From NCBI GenBank assembly GCA_904063045.1, contig CAJFCJ010000003.1, positions 2,342,504-2,406,503 of the forward strand: a stretch of 64,000 nucleotides of DNA, in the 5' to 3' direction. Below are positions 36,772-49,342 of the stretch, one piece after another; the first letter of the stretch is position 1, and every line of letters begins with the position of its first letter. This stretch comes from Dimorphilus gyrociliatus. Lineage: Eukaryota > Animalia > Annelida. The notes beneath the pieces are model-generated. The model searched no databases. It was not told the origin of the DNA and saw only the letters and a program-made list of their open reading frames with translations. The position numbers and the translations under genes were made by a program.

Positions 36772-39700
36772 ATGGAGTCTATCTTGCTATTGAATAAAAG
36801 GAGAAATTTTCACAAATTGTTGATAAATATATTAATTATCATTGGATTTTTAGGTTCAAGTACAAATTCAGAAACGTGTTCAGTTACAAAATTAAAGTTC
36901 GCTATTATCCCTGGGTAATTCTTCAGTGCAATTTAAACTTTACACCAAAGCAATGATAAAATTATTCTCACAGGGACTTGAGAGTTGTCTATAATGACTC
37001 AGGGAGATATCATGATTACACGTTCAACTTATGTAATGCTGTAAGCTGTGGAGATAGTACTGACGCTGTTATGTGTAACAAAACGACCGCCACATCAACA
37101 CCATTCGGTAATAACTATATTAATTTAACTTCAAAGCAAGGATAAAGTATATATTCATTTCTTTCTTCTCATTTAGCGGAACTTAAAAGTGTTAATATAA
37201 CAAACGATGACAGCTCAACAATATTAGATTTTACTGACAATAAGAAAGAACAAAACTTGAATGTTCTCTTGTTATGTGGTAAAACTCTGGTAAAAAGATA
37301 CTTGATTATTTCTATCATTTGTTTATCTTTAATTGAAAATTTTCTTTGAAGGGAACACCAAAAATTACTGTAGAAGAACACTCTGAAAACACCGAAGCAG
37401 TTTCTATAAAATGGGAAACAGGAAGTGCATGTGCAATTCCTCCAGCAAGAAAATTTGTGCCATGTTATGCTTATAACAAAAATCATGAACTGATTGATTT
37501 AAATCCTTTGGGTTTGAGAAATCCTTTTAAATACTTAATGTCTGATAATTCTACTATTCACATTTCTGTATGCTCAACCATTCCAAGTAAACATTTAAAG
37601 GATTGCTCATCTGAGGCTGTATGCAAAACTTTCGCTGATGAAAAAGCAAAAAAATTGGGAAGACCTTCGAAAGGAATTCAGCTAAACGACGACGAATCTT
37701 TAACAATTACTTATAAGTCTGCTACATCCGAAACAAAAGTAACTTTTCGCTGTCCTAAAGATGACACTGGAATAGGTCAAATCAAATTAATCAGTAACAT
37801 TGAAGATAGTTATGAATTTGAAATAGAAACTGAATACGCATGTCCTCTGAGGAATCAAATAGTCAAAGGAAATAAATTGACTATGGAGAAAAATGGAATT
37901 AATTTCGATTTAGCCGTATTCTCAGACAACGCCTACAATACTTCAACTGACAAATATACATATTTCATAGGTTTTAATAAAGGCTCAAAAATATTAGAGG
38001 CCTGTGGTTTGGAACATGCATTGGCCTGCCAGAAATATCAAAACTCAAATCAAAAGATTGGAGGTTTGGATGAATATTTAAGTTATTTTGATGGAAAGAT
38101 TACTTTAACTATTAAAGATGGAAGACCTTGCCGAGATAAATTTCACCGTCAAACAATTATAGATTTCATATGTGATCCAAGCGCTAAAAATGTTGTTCTG
38201 AAACATATTAGAGAAGATCACTGTTTATATTTCTTTGAAGCTTATACAAAACAAGCCTGCCTGCATAATAATAGAAAAATATTTCAACCCTGTCTCGTTG
38301 AACACAATGGACAAGTATTTGATATATCTCCCTTGAAAAATAAAAATTGGAGAGTTCTTCCTCAAGACAATGAAAATAAAGATGAAATTTTTATATCTCC
38401 TTGCTCATTCTTGAATCCTTCAAGTGAAGAAATAAAATGCAATCATATTCCGACCAGTGTATGTCTTAGCAAACCAGATGATAAATATGGTTTTAGATAC
38501 GGTAATTTATCTATGAGTCCTGTTTACGATAAAGACACTAAAAGTTTGAAAATGACCTCTGTTGGTGGAGATCTCTACATTGGTAATAATAAACCACGAA
38601 AAGCAGAAATCAATTTTGAATGTGGTACTGACGAAACGTCAACTCCGACCTATATAAAAGAAGAAAATATCCTCTACATAGATTGGTTTACCAAATATGC
38701 TTGTCAATCAAATATCATTGTCGGTGATGAATGTAAAGTTAGCGTTAATGGATATGATATAAATCTATTTCCATTGACCCACGAAGTATTTACAATAAAT
38801 GGAACTGATGAATATTATAAATTAAAAATCTGTAATAATTTTGAATTATCGAACTGGGCAGCACGCCGGTGTGTCAAGGACAAGTAAGTTAACTGTTCTT
38901 TTAATTTATAGATAATTTACAAATTTTATTTTACCTTAAACTTTTTTACTCATAATCTCTTACCGATCAGATGTAAAGACCTTGCTCCAGCTAATCAGAA
39001 ATTGCAGTATAAAGATCAAGTTTTGCAATTAATATATTCAGACAAGGGTTCACCGAAAGTAAAGATTAGTTTTATATGTGATCGAGATGTCTCCTTAGCG
39101 GAACTAGAAATTTCTGTAAGTATATTCGAGTTGTTGAATTGATTTTAATTATCAAATTTGTTTAGCAACGGAATAAGGCAACAACTGCAATTGAAGTAAG
39201 AACTCCTCATGCATGTATTAACCCATCTATGGAATGTACTTACATAGATAGAAAAGGAAATAAGTTTGATCTAACAAAACTTGCTGGAATATCATATGCA
39301 ATAGAAGATTCGAAATATGATTACAGATTTTCTATTTGTACACCTTTGAAAGATGTTCCTTTTAATTGCCATGAAACATCTACCCTATGCGCCAAAGATA
39401 AGGAAACCGAAGTATAAGTTAATTATAAACTTGTTGTAAATCTTTAAACTTATTCCTTTTCTTTAGGAAGTCCTTCCAGAAATTGCCACAATCACAGGCG
39501 CTAAAATGGAAGATCTCGGTGGACATATACTTATCACTTATCCAAATCCGGAGGACGGTGAACAAAATAAAACTCATATATCTTTTCAATGTTCAACGCA
39601 ACAATCTTACACTATATTGACCGACTTCGCTTATAATCATATTATCAACTTTCATACTCCACTGGTTTGTCCTGTTAAACATTATGAAAACCGAAAAAAT

Positions 39701-42700
39701 TGCTCTATTGAATATCAAGGTCAAAAGTATTTGATTGAACCGATTAAAAAGACTATTCAATTGAAAATTAATGATAAAGAAGAAGATTTTACATTGCAAG
39801 CTTGCGGTGAAAAATCAGGAATTTATAAGAATGACGAGCAATATTATTCATCAAATAATGAGTTAGAGACGATAAATGATCATAGAACTAACTTCAAAGT
39901 TGACTTTACACAAATAGATAAAAAGAAACCAAATTTAGAAGTCAGATTTGGATGCGATAGGAAAAAACAAACGAAAGTTAGAGTTAAAGAAGATGACTCA
40001 ACAATTGTGATTATTCTTTGGATAGCTGAAGTTTGTGAATACAAAACAAGCGTTGGTTGTGAGACGCCTCAATTCAGTTTTGATTTCTTGAGGTCGAAAC
40101 CCTATTACGAAATTGAAGATACCAATGGAAAACTTTTCTTAAGTATATGCCAAAGCCTGCCACCAAAATTCGAAGGCCCTTGTAGAGGTGCAGGCGCTTG
40201 TTTAGAATATAAGAATGGTACAAAAGTTTCCTTAGGATACTTGCAATCTCATTTAGAATCCGATGGAGATGGTGCAATAATTACTTACAAAGGTGGTAAA
40301 AAATGTAATGGCGCCTCTAAAGTTACTATAACGTTTCTAGTCAAAGATGGTTTTGAATTTAAACGTCAGGGAACAGATGATTGCGAATATAATTTTCAAT
40401 TTTTAACTCCTGCTTACAAGAATAGTGAAAAGAGAATTGGTTCTGATTGCTCGGTTACAGATCCAGTTTATAATTACAAATTTGATCTTTCGTCGCTGAA
40501 AGCCAAAACAAATAAAGTTGAATCAAACGACAAGCAGTATAACTTTTTTCTAAGCGTCTGTCAAGCTGACAAAAATAGTCCGTGTGAAAAAGGAATTGGA
40601 GCTTGCCAAGAAATAGTACAAGATCCTGTTGCGAAAAAAATGATGATGGGAAATATTAATGATAAATTACAATGGGTTAATCAAAAATTGAGACTGAAAT
40701 ATACAGGTGGTACAAAATGCCATGGAATATTTAAAAGATCAACCGTTATAGACTTCATTTGCGATAGACAAGTGGAAAAGATTGTATACATTAATGAAAC
40801 AGAGAATTGCGAATATCAATTCGAATGGTTTACAGCATTGGCCTGTAGATCGTTTGAGACAACACCTACATGCTCAGCTGAGGACTCAAAAAATAATAAA
40901 ATCTATAATTTTTCACCTCTGACAAAGACATCTTCAAACTATATTGTAGACGGTAAAGACGTAAAATTTGCTATAAATTTATGCGCCCCAGTAATTGATA
41001 AACCCTATAAGGTTGGTCAGATAGGTGTAAACTGTCCAGCTCATAGCTCTGTTTGCCTACTTAAAGATCATGAAAAATCAGAAATGTTAAGTTCGGTTGT
41101 AGCAACAGAATTCAGTGTATCTGATGGAAAAGTTGATATCAATTTTAAGGATTCAAAACATAAAGTGAATATAGCAGCAGAATGTTCAGAAAACGAAGGT
41201 GAACCAGAATTTGTTTCGCAAGAAGAAAAAGATAGCATTAAAGAATATAAATTTATATGGTCAAGTAAATATTTTTGTCCAATTGATACAAAACCTGATG
41301 AAACAATTGGTAAAGATTGTAAAGTAATTGATAAAGAAACTGGGTATGTTTTCGATTTAAATCATTTCAGTAAAACACCACTTACGTTTAAAACTGAGAA
41401 ATATGAGTACAAAATATCTTTCTGCCATTTATTGAAAGAAGAGGAGACTTCATGTAAGAATTCGTACGCCTGTCAAACCGAATTATCAGGTTTAAAGAAA
41501 AGTTTTTCACTGGGAACAAAGAAATCAGCTGTAGAGTTTAAAGGAGGAGCCATCTACGTAAATTATACATTAGGCAATAAATGCAGTTCGAAAAAGGAGA
41601 GAAATATTTCTATTGCTATTAAATGTCCTGAAACAAGTCAAATAGATTTGGAACCACAAATTATAGAAATATCTCACTGTGACTATTCTATGACGTGGTT
41701 TACAAAACAAATGTGCGAAAGACCGATGAAATGTTCTGTAAAAAATAATAAAAATAGATATTTCGATTTATCTGATCTGATCCTGAATAAGGAAAGCTAT
41801 AAAGTAAAAACAAGTAAATATACACTGTATTTTAATCTTTGTGGATATGTAAGAGGAATGAAAGATTGTTCATCAGACTCTTTTGCATGCGCAAAAGTAA
41901 TTGGCTCAAATCAATATCTTAGCTTGGGCTCTGGACTGAATGATAAGCCTTTAGAATATAAAAATGGTGCGATTCATGTCTTCTACAGCAATGGTAGTGC
42001 CTGTACTGAAGATAAATCAAAAAGAGTAACAACAAAAATCATAATTGACTGCGGTTTAGAAACTTCAATGCGTGCGGAGTATTACGATTGTACATTTTTA
42101 ATATACTGGTCTATGCCAAGACTTTGCGAAGAAACTTGTGTGAAAAGCGTGCAAAGAGATTTTGGATATAATCTTAATAGTATTCTCAGTGATATTTCCA
42201 AATCCAATACGAAGCTCGGAGATTGTCTTAAGAGTAAGGATCATAAATGTTCTGCTATCAAATATCAAGATGCATCTTACGGTTCGTGGGAAAGTTGTAA
42301 CTATAAAAAAATAAGTGACGGCTTTGAAGTTAATTTCAACAATGGTGATAAATGTTCTGAAGGAAAGAAATCCTCGAAGTTTGTGATAGCATGCAAAGAC
42401 AAGCAGTTTTTGAGGGAGTATATGAAAACGGATTGTGAATTGTCATTTGTGTACGAAACTCCTCAAGCTTGCCCAACTCAAAAAGTATTATGTGCATCTG
42501 ACCACTACAACCTAAGTCCTCTAATGAACGAAATTAATCACGTGAAAAATAAAGACAGTATCTATCATGTTGGAATTTGTAATGGGATAAAAAACATAGA
42601 TGGTTGTCCTAAAAATACCGTTGTATGTTTGGAAAAATCTGGTAAATTTCTCCCTATGGCGTACCTTAATACTAAAAAATTACAAGAGTTTGAAAAAACA

Positions 42701-44045
42701 AATGAACCTCTTGTACTAACATATACTTCCGCCCCAATATATTATACAGAATGCGGTAATAAATACGTTCAAGTAGCAATTTATTTCATTTGTGATAAAG
42801 AAAATATTGGTGCTATGGAATTTATATCATGGTTGTTAATTACTTTTCAATCAAATGCTTAATAGTTAATGGGAAAATTATTTACTTTTTTCTTCAAATA
42901 GGGACAGTGATAAATGTCAACTAAGTTTACGGTGGAAAACGTATTACGGATGCCCAACTACTAAGTAATAATTTACCTAACTTGAGATTTTATGTATAAT
43001 CTATTAGTATTATAATATTTTCTTCCATTCCAAAAGGCATTTAGTTCAAATAAAAGATGGAATAATCAAGGAAGGACCGTTTGTTATAGATTTATCAAAT
43101 TCCAGCGTATATAAGAAAACAACTGTAACCGATGCGAAGAGTAACAAAAAAATTACAATTAATTTGGCTGAAAAGAAGGGAGCTATTATCAGCTCAGAGG
43201 AGAATGATAAAACAATAGCTAAGGCTTCAAATATCAAGTATTATATTGAGAATTATCAATTTCTAATGACAAGTCGATTGAGTTATTATTCAACTACCGT
43301 CTATTTTCAATGTTCTGATAAAGATGTAAAAAAAATATTCTTTTTCTTTTATTATTTTTTAAATGAATAACAGGTTTTGTTTCATTCTTTTGTTCTTTAG
43401 GAAAAACCAGAATTAAGTATACGTGAAGATAGAATATACACTATCAATTGGAAAACTAAAGCTACGTGCCTTACTAAACCTTTGAAAAATTCCAAAACGT
43501 AAGTTTTTAAAAGAATACAATAGTTTTTAATATTTATTATTAAAAAATTATGATTATTATTTAGAGTTGTCAAGAAGAATTCGAATAAATTGAAAATCTT
43601 TATGATTATAATTGGTTGTTTAATTTGTTTGTTAGTTGTTGGTATAGTTTTTGTTAAAAGAAGAAGAATTATGCTTTATTGGAGGAGGAGAAGGTTTAAT
43701 GCAGATTACTATGCCAATATTGAAGATGATGAAGATCATCTAATAGACGCTGCTGAAAATGTTGCCTTTTCTGAAGAGTGCAATATTAGGGGATCACCTT
43801 TTAGTAATGATGTGCAGGTTGAGTGGCATTCGCAAAAAAGAGACGATAAACTCATTACCGGAGATGACCTAGGATTTGGTTCGGATAATGACAGACCTCA
43901 AACTTCTGTCAAGCAGAAGAAAAACCAATCAAAGAAGAAGAAGGGAGATAAACAAAAACATTCTTCATCCACACCCTCAGTATCATCACTGCCATCAAAG
44001 AGTAAAAGGTATAGAGAAGATAGTGACGATGACTTGCTTGTTTAA
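36772..44045 (+). CDS. IGF2R: Cation-independent mannose-6-phosphate receptor (CI-MPR/IGF2R-like), 15 MRH domains, ~11 exons
   Basis: Signal-like N-terminus; 15 repeats of the type C...FDL..L...C...C..G...F.C...Y.F.W.T..AC counted by hand; TM IFMIIIGCLICLLVVGIVFV; tail with YYANI and C-terminal acidic dileucine EDSDDDLLV* (GGA-binding DXXLL). Confidence 0.9.
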
Positions 44046-44725
44046 TTACTACATTTTTATATCTCTCTATGATCTAGAAACAATTTTCATTTATCAAATA
44101 TAAATCTTTGCTAGCTCTTTCCTAAACAAAATTAATTTAATTAATAATGAAATTCAAGTGATGTCTAATATCTAATACGAATGTCTTTCATCTGTATACA
44201 TTAATGGTTGTCTCGATTCTTGCATCAGTGACAGTTTGTCTGTGTTTATAATTCTTTGAAATCGTTCCTTACGTCTAAATGACAATTTATTATTAAATAA
44301 ATAAATAAAAGGAGAGAAAACAGATTTATCCACTAATAAAGGCTTTTGAAAGAAATATACTTTGTCGAATAAAATTGTTTTGACTAATAGTATAAATATT
44401 AATATTTTTCTTATTATTTAACTTTTTACGAAATCACATAACAACCGAACAGGATCATGCTGTTGTCCATGAATACAAGGTTCTCTAGACTAGTTAATTT
44501 TCATAATCGTTTAATATCTCTCTTCTTTCCCTATTCTGGATTATTTACCTTGTTTTTTGAATGTCCATAACTACGTTTTCAGTCATGCGGTTGCCTTGAA
44601 TTATCGGCTAAAGTTGAATATTCTAGTTTTCGTTCACTCTTAACTCATGTACTCATGAAGACTCCTCTTTCATTTACATTTTTTGAAAGTTTTGATTTAT
44701 GTTTCTGAAATTTTACCAAAGCTAA

Positions 44726-46423
44726 ATGGACAACGGTAAAGATTTTCGGTCAACTCATGAGAAAAACATGCAGTTGTACCGAGATAACTTGGATCTATTA
44801 AGAAGATTGGATATAGATATGTCCTACAATAAATCCATGTCGGCCAATTCTAGACCCGTCACGTCCAAAGCAAGAAAATCTGCAAAATCTTCAGAACGTA
44901 AGAAAAGAGAATCTCCTAAAAATCTTGAAACTGTTGCTACAAACTTTCTAGAGAGGACTGATAGAATTGAAAATGAAAATGTGACTCTAAGACAAGACAA
45001 TGAAAGATTATTGAGTAGCATGAATAAAATCATTGAAGAAAACAAATCGAATGATGATGAATTACATAGATTGAAGAGCGAGAATGCTGAATTAATTGAG
45101 AAATGTGAAGAACTAAAAGAGGATAATCAAGCTTTAAAAATTCAACTAAATGATTCGTCGAACTCAAAATCGGATAGAGTAACCAATTTGGAAGAAAGCC
45201 ATGACGAACTCCAATTGGAAATTGAAAGATTGCAAAATCAACTATCAAAGGAACAATCAGAAAATGAGAGTCTAACTCAAAAGATAAGAGAAACTATGAA
45301 ATCGAATAAACAAGAATTAATTCGCAAAGAAGAAGAGATCGAAAATTTAAAAAGGGACAAGAGAAGGTTAAATGAAAAAGTTGGTGATTTACAAGAGGAA
45401 ATTGATAACTATCATAGCGATTCAAAGAAATCATCAAACGAACTTCAAGAAGAATTAGAAGGACTACGAATGGACTTGAAGGAAGGTGTTCAAAAATTAA
45501 AAACGTTGAAAGGTGATTATAATAACTTAGAAGAGAAATACGAACGGCTCAAAGGAGAGAGGAGTAAAGATTTTATGGCAGAATTCGAAACTGATGAAAG
45601 GATACAAGATTTGGAGAAAGAATTAAGAATTTCAAATCAAAAGTATAAAGACTTAAACGAAGATTACGAAAGCATGAAAGATAAATATAAAAATTTAAAA
45701 ACGAAAAAAGAGAAGAGCGCAAGCGCGGAAATTGAAATCTCCTCTGCAAAAGAGAATTATCAAAGAGTTCTAGAAGAGAAACAAAACGTCATAATCAAAT
45801 TAGAAGAGTTGAAAGACGAAAAGATAAAATTAAATAGTGATTATGAAAAATTGAAATTACTAAATGATGAGGGTAAAAGACAGTTAGAAGCTCTAGAAGC
45901 GTCTACCTTAAATTTAACTAATTCGTTAAGTGTTAAAAATAGGCAAATATCGGATTTAAGAAAGGAGTTAGAAATGTCTCAATCAGATATTCAACAATCC
46001 AGAAATGAAAGAATATCATTGGACTCCCTTCAATCGCAATTGGAAGATATTCAAAGCGCCCATAGAAAGTTAATAGACGATAATAGAAGATTAAAGAATG
46101 AATTAAATCAAAAGAAAATGCTGCATGTACAAAGTTCAAACGTCGGCTCGGATTTCGAGCGGGAGTTACAATCTACAAGAGCCAAATTAAAAAAAGCCGA
46201 TAATAGAATAATTGAACTTGAAAGTTGGCTAGATGAGATCTATTCAACAGATGTTCTTACAAATCGAACTAGTCCGTCGAGTCTTCCGTCTTTAACGAGT
46301 AGGGGAAAAGAGCCGATGATATTGGAAAACGGCTTTAGACGTTACTACTCACTTGGGGGTAAAGAAGGTTATAGATATCGTTTCATTAAATCTAAAAGAA
46401 CTACTGACTTAACCTCGAAATAA
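44726..46423 (+). CDS. Intronless 565-aa coiled-coil protein of unknown function
   Basis: Single long ORF, E/K/L-rich with heptad character over most of its length. No family recognised. Confidence 0.85.
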   Translation: MDNGKDFRSTHEKNMQLYRDNLDLLRRLDIDMSYNKSMSANSRPVTSKARKSAKSSERKKRESPKNLETVATNFLERTDRIENENVTLRQDNERLLSSMNKIIEENKSNDDELHRLKSENAELIEKCEELKEDNQALKIQLNDSSNSKSDRVTNLEESHDELQLEIERLQNQLSKEQSENESLTQKIRETMKSNKQELIRKEEEIENLKRDKRRLNEKVGDLQEEIDNYHSDSKKSSNELQEELEGLRMDLKEGVQKLKTLKGDYNNLEEKYERLKGERSKDFMAEFETDERIQDLEKELRISNQKYKDLNEDYESMKDKYKNLKTKKEKSASAEIEISSAKENYQRVLEEKQNVIIKLEELKDEKIKLNSDYEKLKLLNDEGKRQLEALEASTLNLTNSLSVKNRQISDLRKELEMSQSDIQQSRNERISLDSLQSQLEDIQSAHRKLIDDNRRLKNELNQKKMLHVQSSNVGSDFERELQSTRAKLKKADNRIIELESWLDEIYSTDVLTNRTSPSSLPSLTSRGKEPMILENGFRRYYSLGGKEGYRYRFIKSKRTTDLTSK

Positions 46424-46873
46424 GTTAATAGTATTAGCTTAAGTTTCTCTTTCAACCCCCGCAGACTGTGTGATAAATAACTAAATATATGTCAATAATT
46501 AAACAAAAACATAATAAAATTTGTATAGCCTCAGGTAAAGTCGTAAAGTTTCCATTAACAAGTCAACTAGAATAAGATAAAAATTAGGCAGTTACATAAC
46601 TAAACAATGATGGCTACTCTTACATTTAAATTTTTATCAACTAGTATACATTACCTTTCCTCAAATTCTTATCTAATGTCATCTTATTTCACTTAAACTA
46701 TCCCACGAGAGCATTCTCGACTTTAACTTTCACTAATATGGTTACCCGTTCCCGTTCAAGTTTGCCAATAATTAAAACTAATGCGATCGCCCACCAGTTT
46801 GTGTTTACTGATTAGAAGAGAGATCATTTGCTTCTTTTCTCTTAAGAAAGTCCATTCTTTAGTAGAAAAGAAG

Positions 46874-49229
46874 ATGGGAACCATTGATGAAATAGTTAAG
46901 TGTATCATAAATATAGTAATATCCTATATCTCTTTATTCATTAATTATTTCATTTCAAAGAATAAAGTTAAAGTGGATATTGTTCGTCGTATGAAATATC
47001 CCAGAAAACGGTATTTAATTCAAAATTCGCCACCAACTGAAGAAGAATATGAATTAGCTTTGGAGAGTGTAGATTTATGCTGGGAAGCGTTTTTAAACTA
47101 TAAAAATAAAAATGACTTAATCAAGTTTTTAAAGCATAATTTTGAAATGTTCTACGAACTTAGTTTAAGAAGAACTGCTTTGATAGATAATTCTACAGAT
47201 CAATTTAAGGTTCCTATTCTATTTTTTCATCATCTTACCTAATTTCTATAAAGTATTTACCTTTCTTTGTTTATTTACTTTAAAGATAAGACAAATGAAA
47301 AATATAGCAAGATACTATATCATAAAAAATCATGGAACTGTAACTAGACCATCGTTCGATTTCATTGGACCGTTAAAGGTTTGCGGAGTTCATCGTGATG
47401 TAAAATATTGTTATGAATGGTGTAAAATCTTACAAGAAATTGGAGACGATTGTTTTAAGTTTTCTTTGATAGGAGATTCCCGTAAAGCTTATTTCTACGG
47501 CTGTGTTTTCCTAAAATCGACTGTTGCTAAAATCTACGGAGAGAACGAGAAATATAAACCAATTCTAACTCAAATAGCATTAAAATTATTAGATGTTGAA
47601 TTTCAATGTTATTTAGATGATAAATCGTTTGATCTTTGGGAAAGTCGACTAACAACTGCTTATATGAGTAAGTTAGCTGGAAGTAAAAAAAAATCATTAA
47701 TTATTTAATACTATCAGTATATAATGATTATCGATATGCTTTTAAGTTGTTCCTGACATAAAGAGGATGGATCAGTCCTTTTCTCATTTGTATCTTAGAC
47801 TGGCTGAAATATGGAGAGATGGCAATCAGATTAATATGGCTTTACGATGTATTGAATTAGCGGAAGATCGTCAGAATGTTTGTTGATTTGCAAAGATTTT
47901 ATTTATCTAATTACTCCTTTTAAAATATTAAGGAAGAAGTGTTTGAAGGAAAACGGAGTCAACTTGATCAGAATGTCCTTACATTAAAAAGAGAATTACA
48001 AGATATGTGGATGTCAAGACAAAAGGGAGATGGTAACGAAATCATAGATAATGCAAGTAGAAACCGTCATAAACCATTTTAAAATACCTTAAACCTTTGA
48101 TTTTCTCCAATTGACAGTATTATCTGAAAGAAGCATCTACTTACTTAAGTTGTACTGAACTATGCTTTGATTCAGCAGAAGATAGCGAGAACTTTGAAAC
48201 GAATCAAAAAATTAGGTACATATGGAAAAAAGAAGCTGCTGAGCTCTGTTGGCTTGAATGGTTGGAGATAAATAGTACATATTTTGATAATGAGATAAGG
48301 GAACATTTGAGTACCATAATTTCTGACTTTATAAGAGTAACAATAAAACGACAGAAACATAAAGAAGATCGCTATCTTATAGTTGGTTTATTTCCAGTGT
48401 AATTAATTTGACAATAGCCCATTGATTATTTCTGTTATTTTTGCACAGATGACTGCAGCAACTGCAATTTGCCGTTTAGGATTAATAAATTGCGTGTCGA
48501 GAAACATAGTAAAAGATATTGAGACTCTTTTCGACAAATGTAATATTCCCCCAACAGAGGTATATTATGCTTTTTTAATTATGTAATAATTTCGAGTTAA
48601 CATGTTTCTTGCAGAATGATTTATTCAAAATTGCTACCATTTGTAAATTTTTGGGGAATGAGTGTTATCGTTATGACAATCGATTAACAAACTCTATTAA
48701 AGCTTTTAATAGTGGAACGGAACTGCTTGACTTGTTAAAGAAAAAATTCGGTTCATCCGCTGCGCAAGACAGAAAAGTTAGACAGTTAGCAGTTCATTTA
48801 AGAAGAAACAAAGCGTTAGCTCAATTAAAACTAGCCAAAGAGGTTATATTTATCATGGGTTATCCCATATTATACTTTATTACATTTTAACGTTAACCTA
48901 AAGGAACCAGATTATTATTGTGATGTTGCACTGAAATCGGCTCAAGAAGCTTTATATTTATCCCCCCCAGCTGATATTGAAGGTATGACATTTTATGTCA
49001 TAGCAAAAATTTACAAGGAAAAGAATGAAATACTTAAGGCCTTATCTTACGCTCTAGACGCAAAACAATGCGAAGTGGTAATAAATACATTTGTTGAGTT
49101 GTCGTTCATTAAAATTAAGACTTTTGAACCTTTTTCCAGCTCTCAATACAAGAAGGAATGAAAACTCGGATAGACCCTTCAATTGATCAATTAGAGCGGG
49201 AATTAAGTATGAAATTTAGCGAAATATGA
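46874..49229 (+). CDS. TPR-like helical protein with an internal duplication (one gene or two tandem paralogs)
   Basis: GT-AG exons giving two homologous units, each with LCW, CK.L...G(D/N)(D/E)C(F/Y), a TPR-like helix pair (LYLRLAEIWRDGNQINMALRCIELA / FYVIAKIYKEKNEILKALSYALDA) and EG....D......L.REL. The join near 48030-48130 is ambiguous. Confidence 0.6.
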
Positions 49230-49342
49230 CAGAAAAAAGAATCCAAGTGTTCACAAACTGATTATATTTTATTGATAATAATTTTTTTTTAAATAGAAAA
49301 AACAGTATTTTTTTAAGATCAAATAAAAATAGCTCTCCATTC

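Noticed and set aside
38835-38885. Possible frameshift in CI-MPR exon 4: an alternative frame reads GSTPVCQ, like an MRH motif
   Set aside because: The next exon is open only with the phase-2 join from the existing frame (GAC AA|A TGT). The alternative frame runs into ATG TAA.
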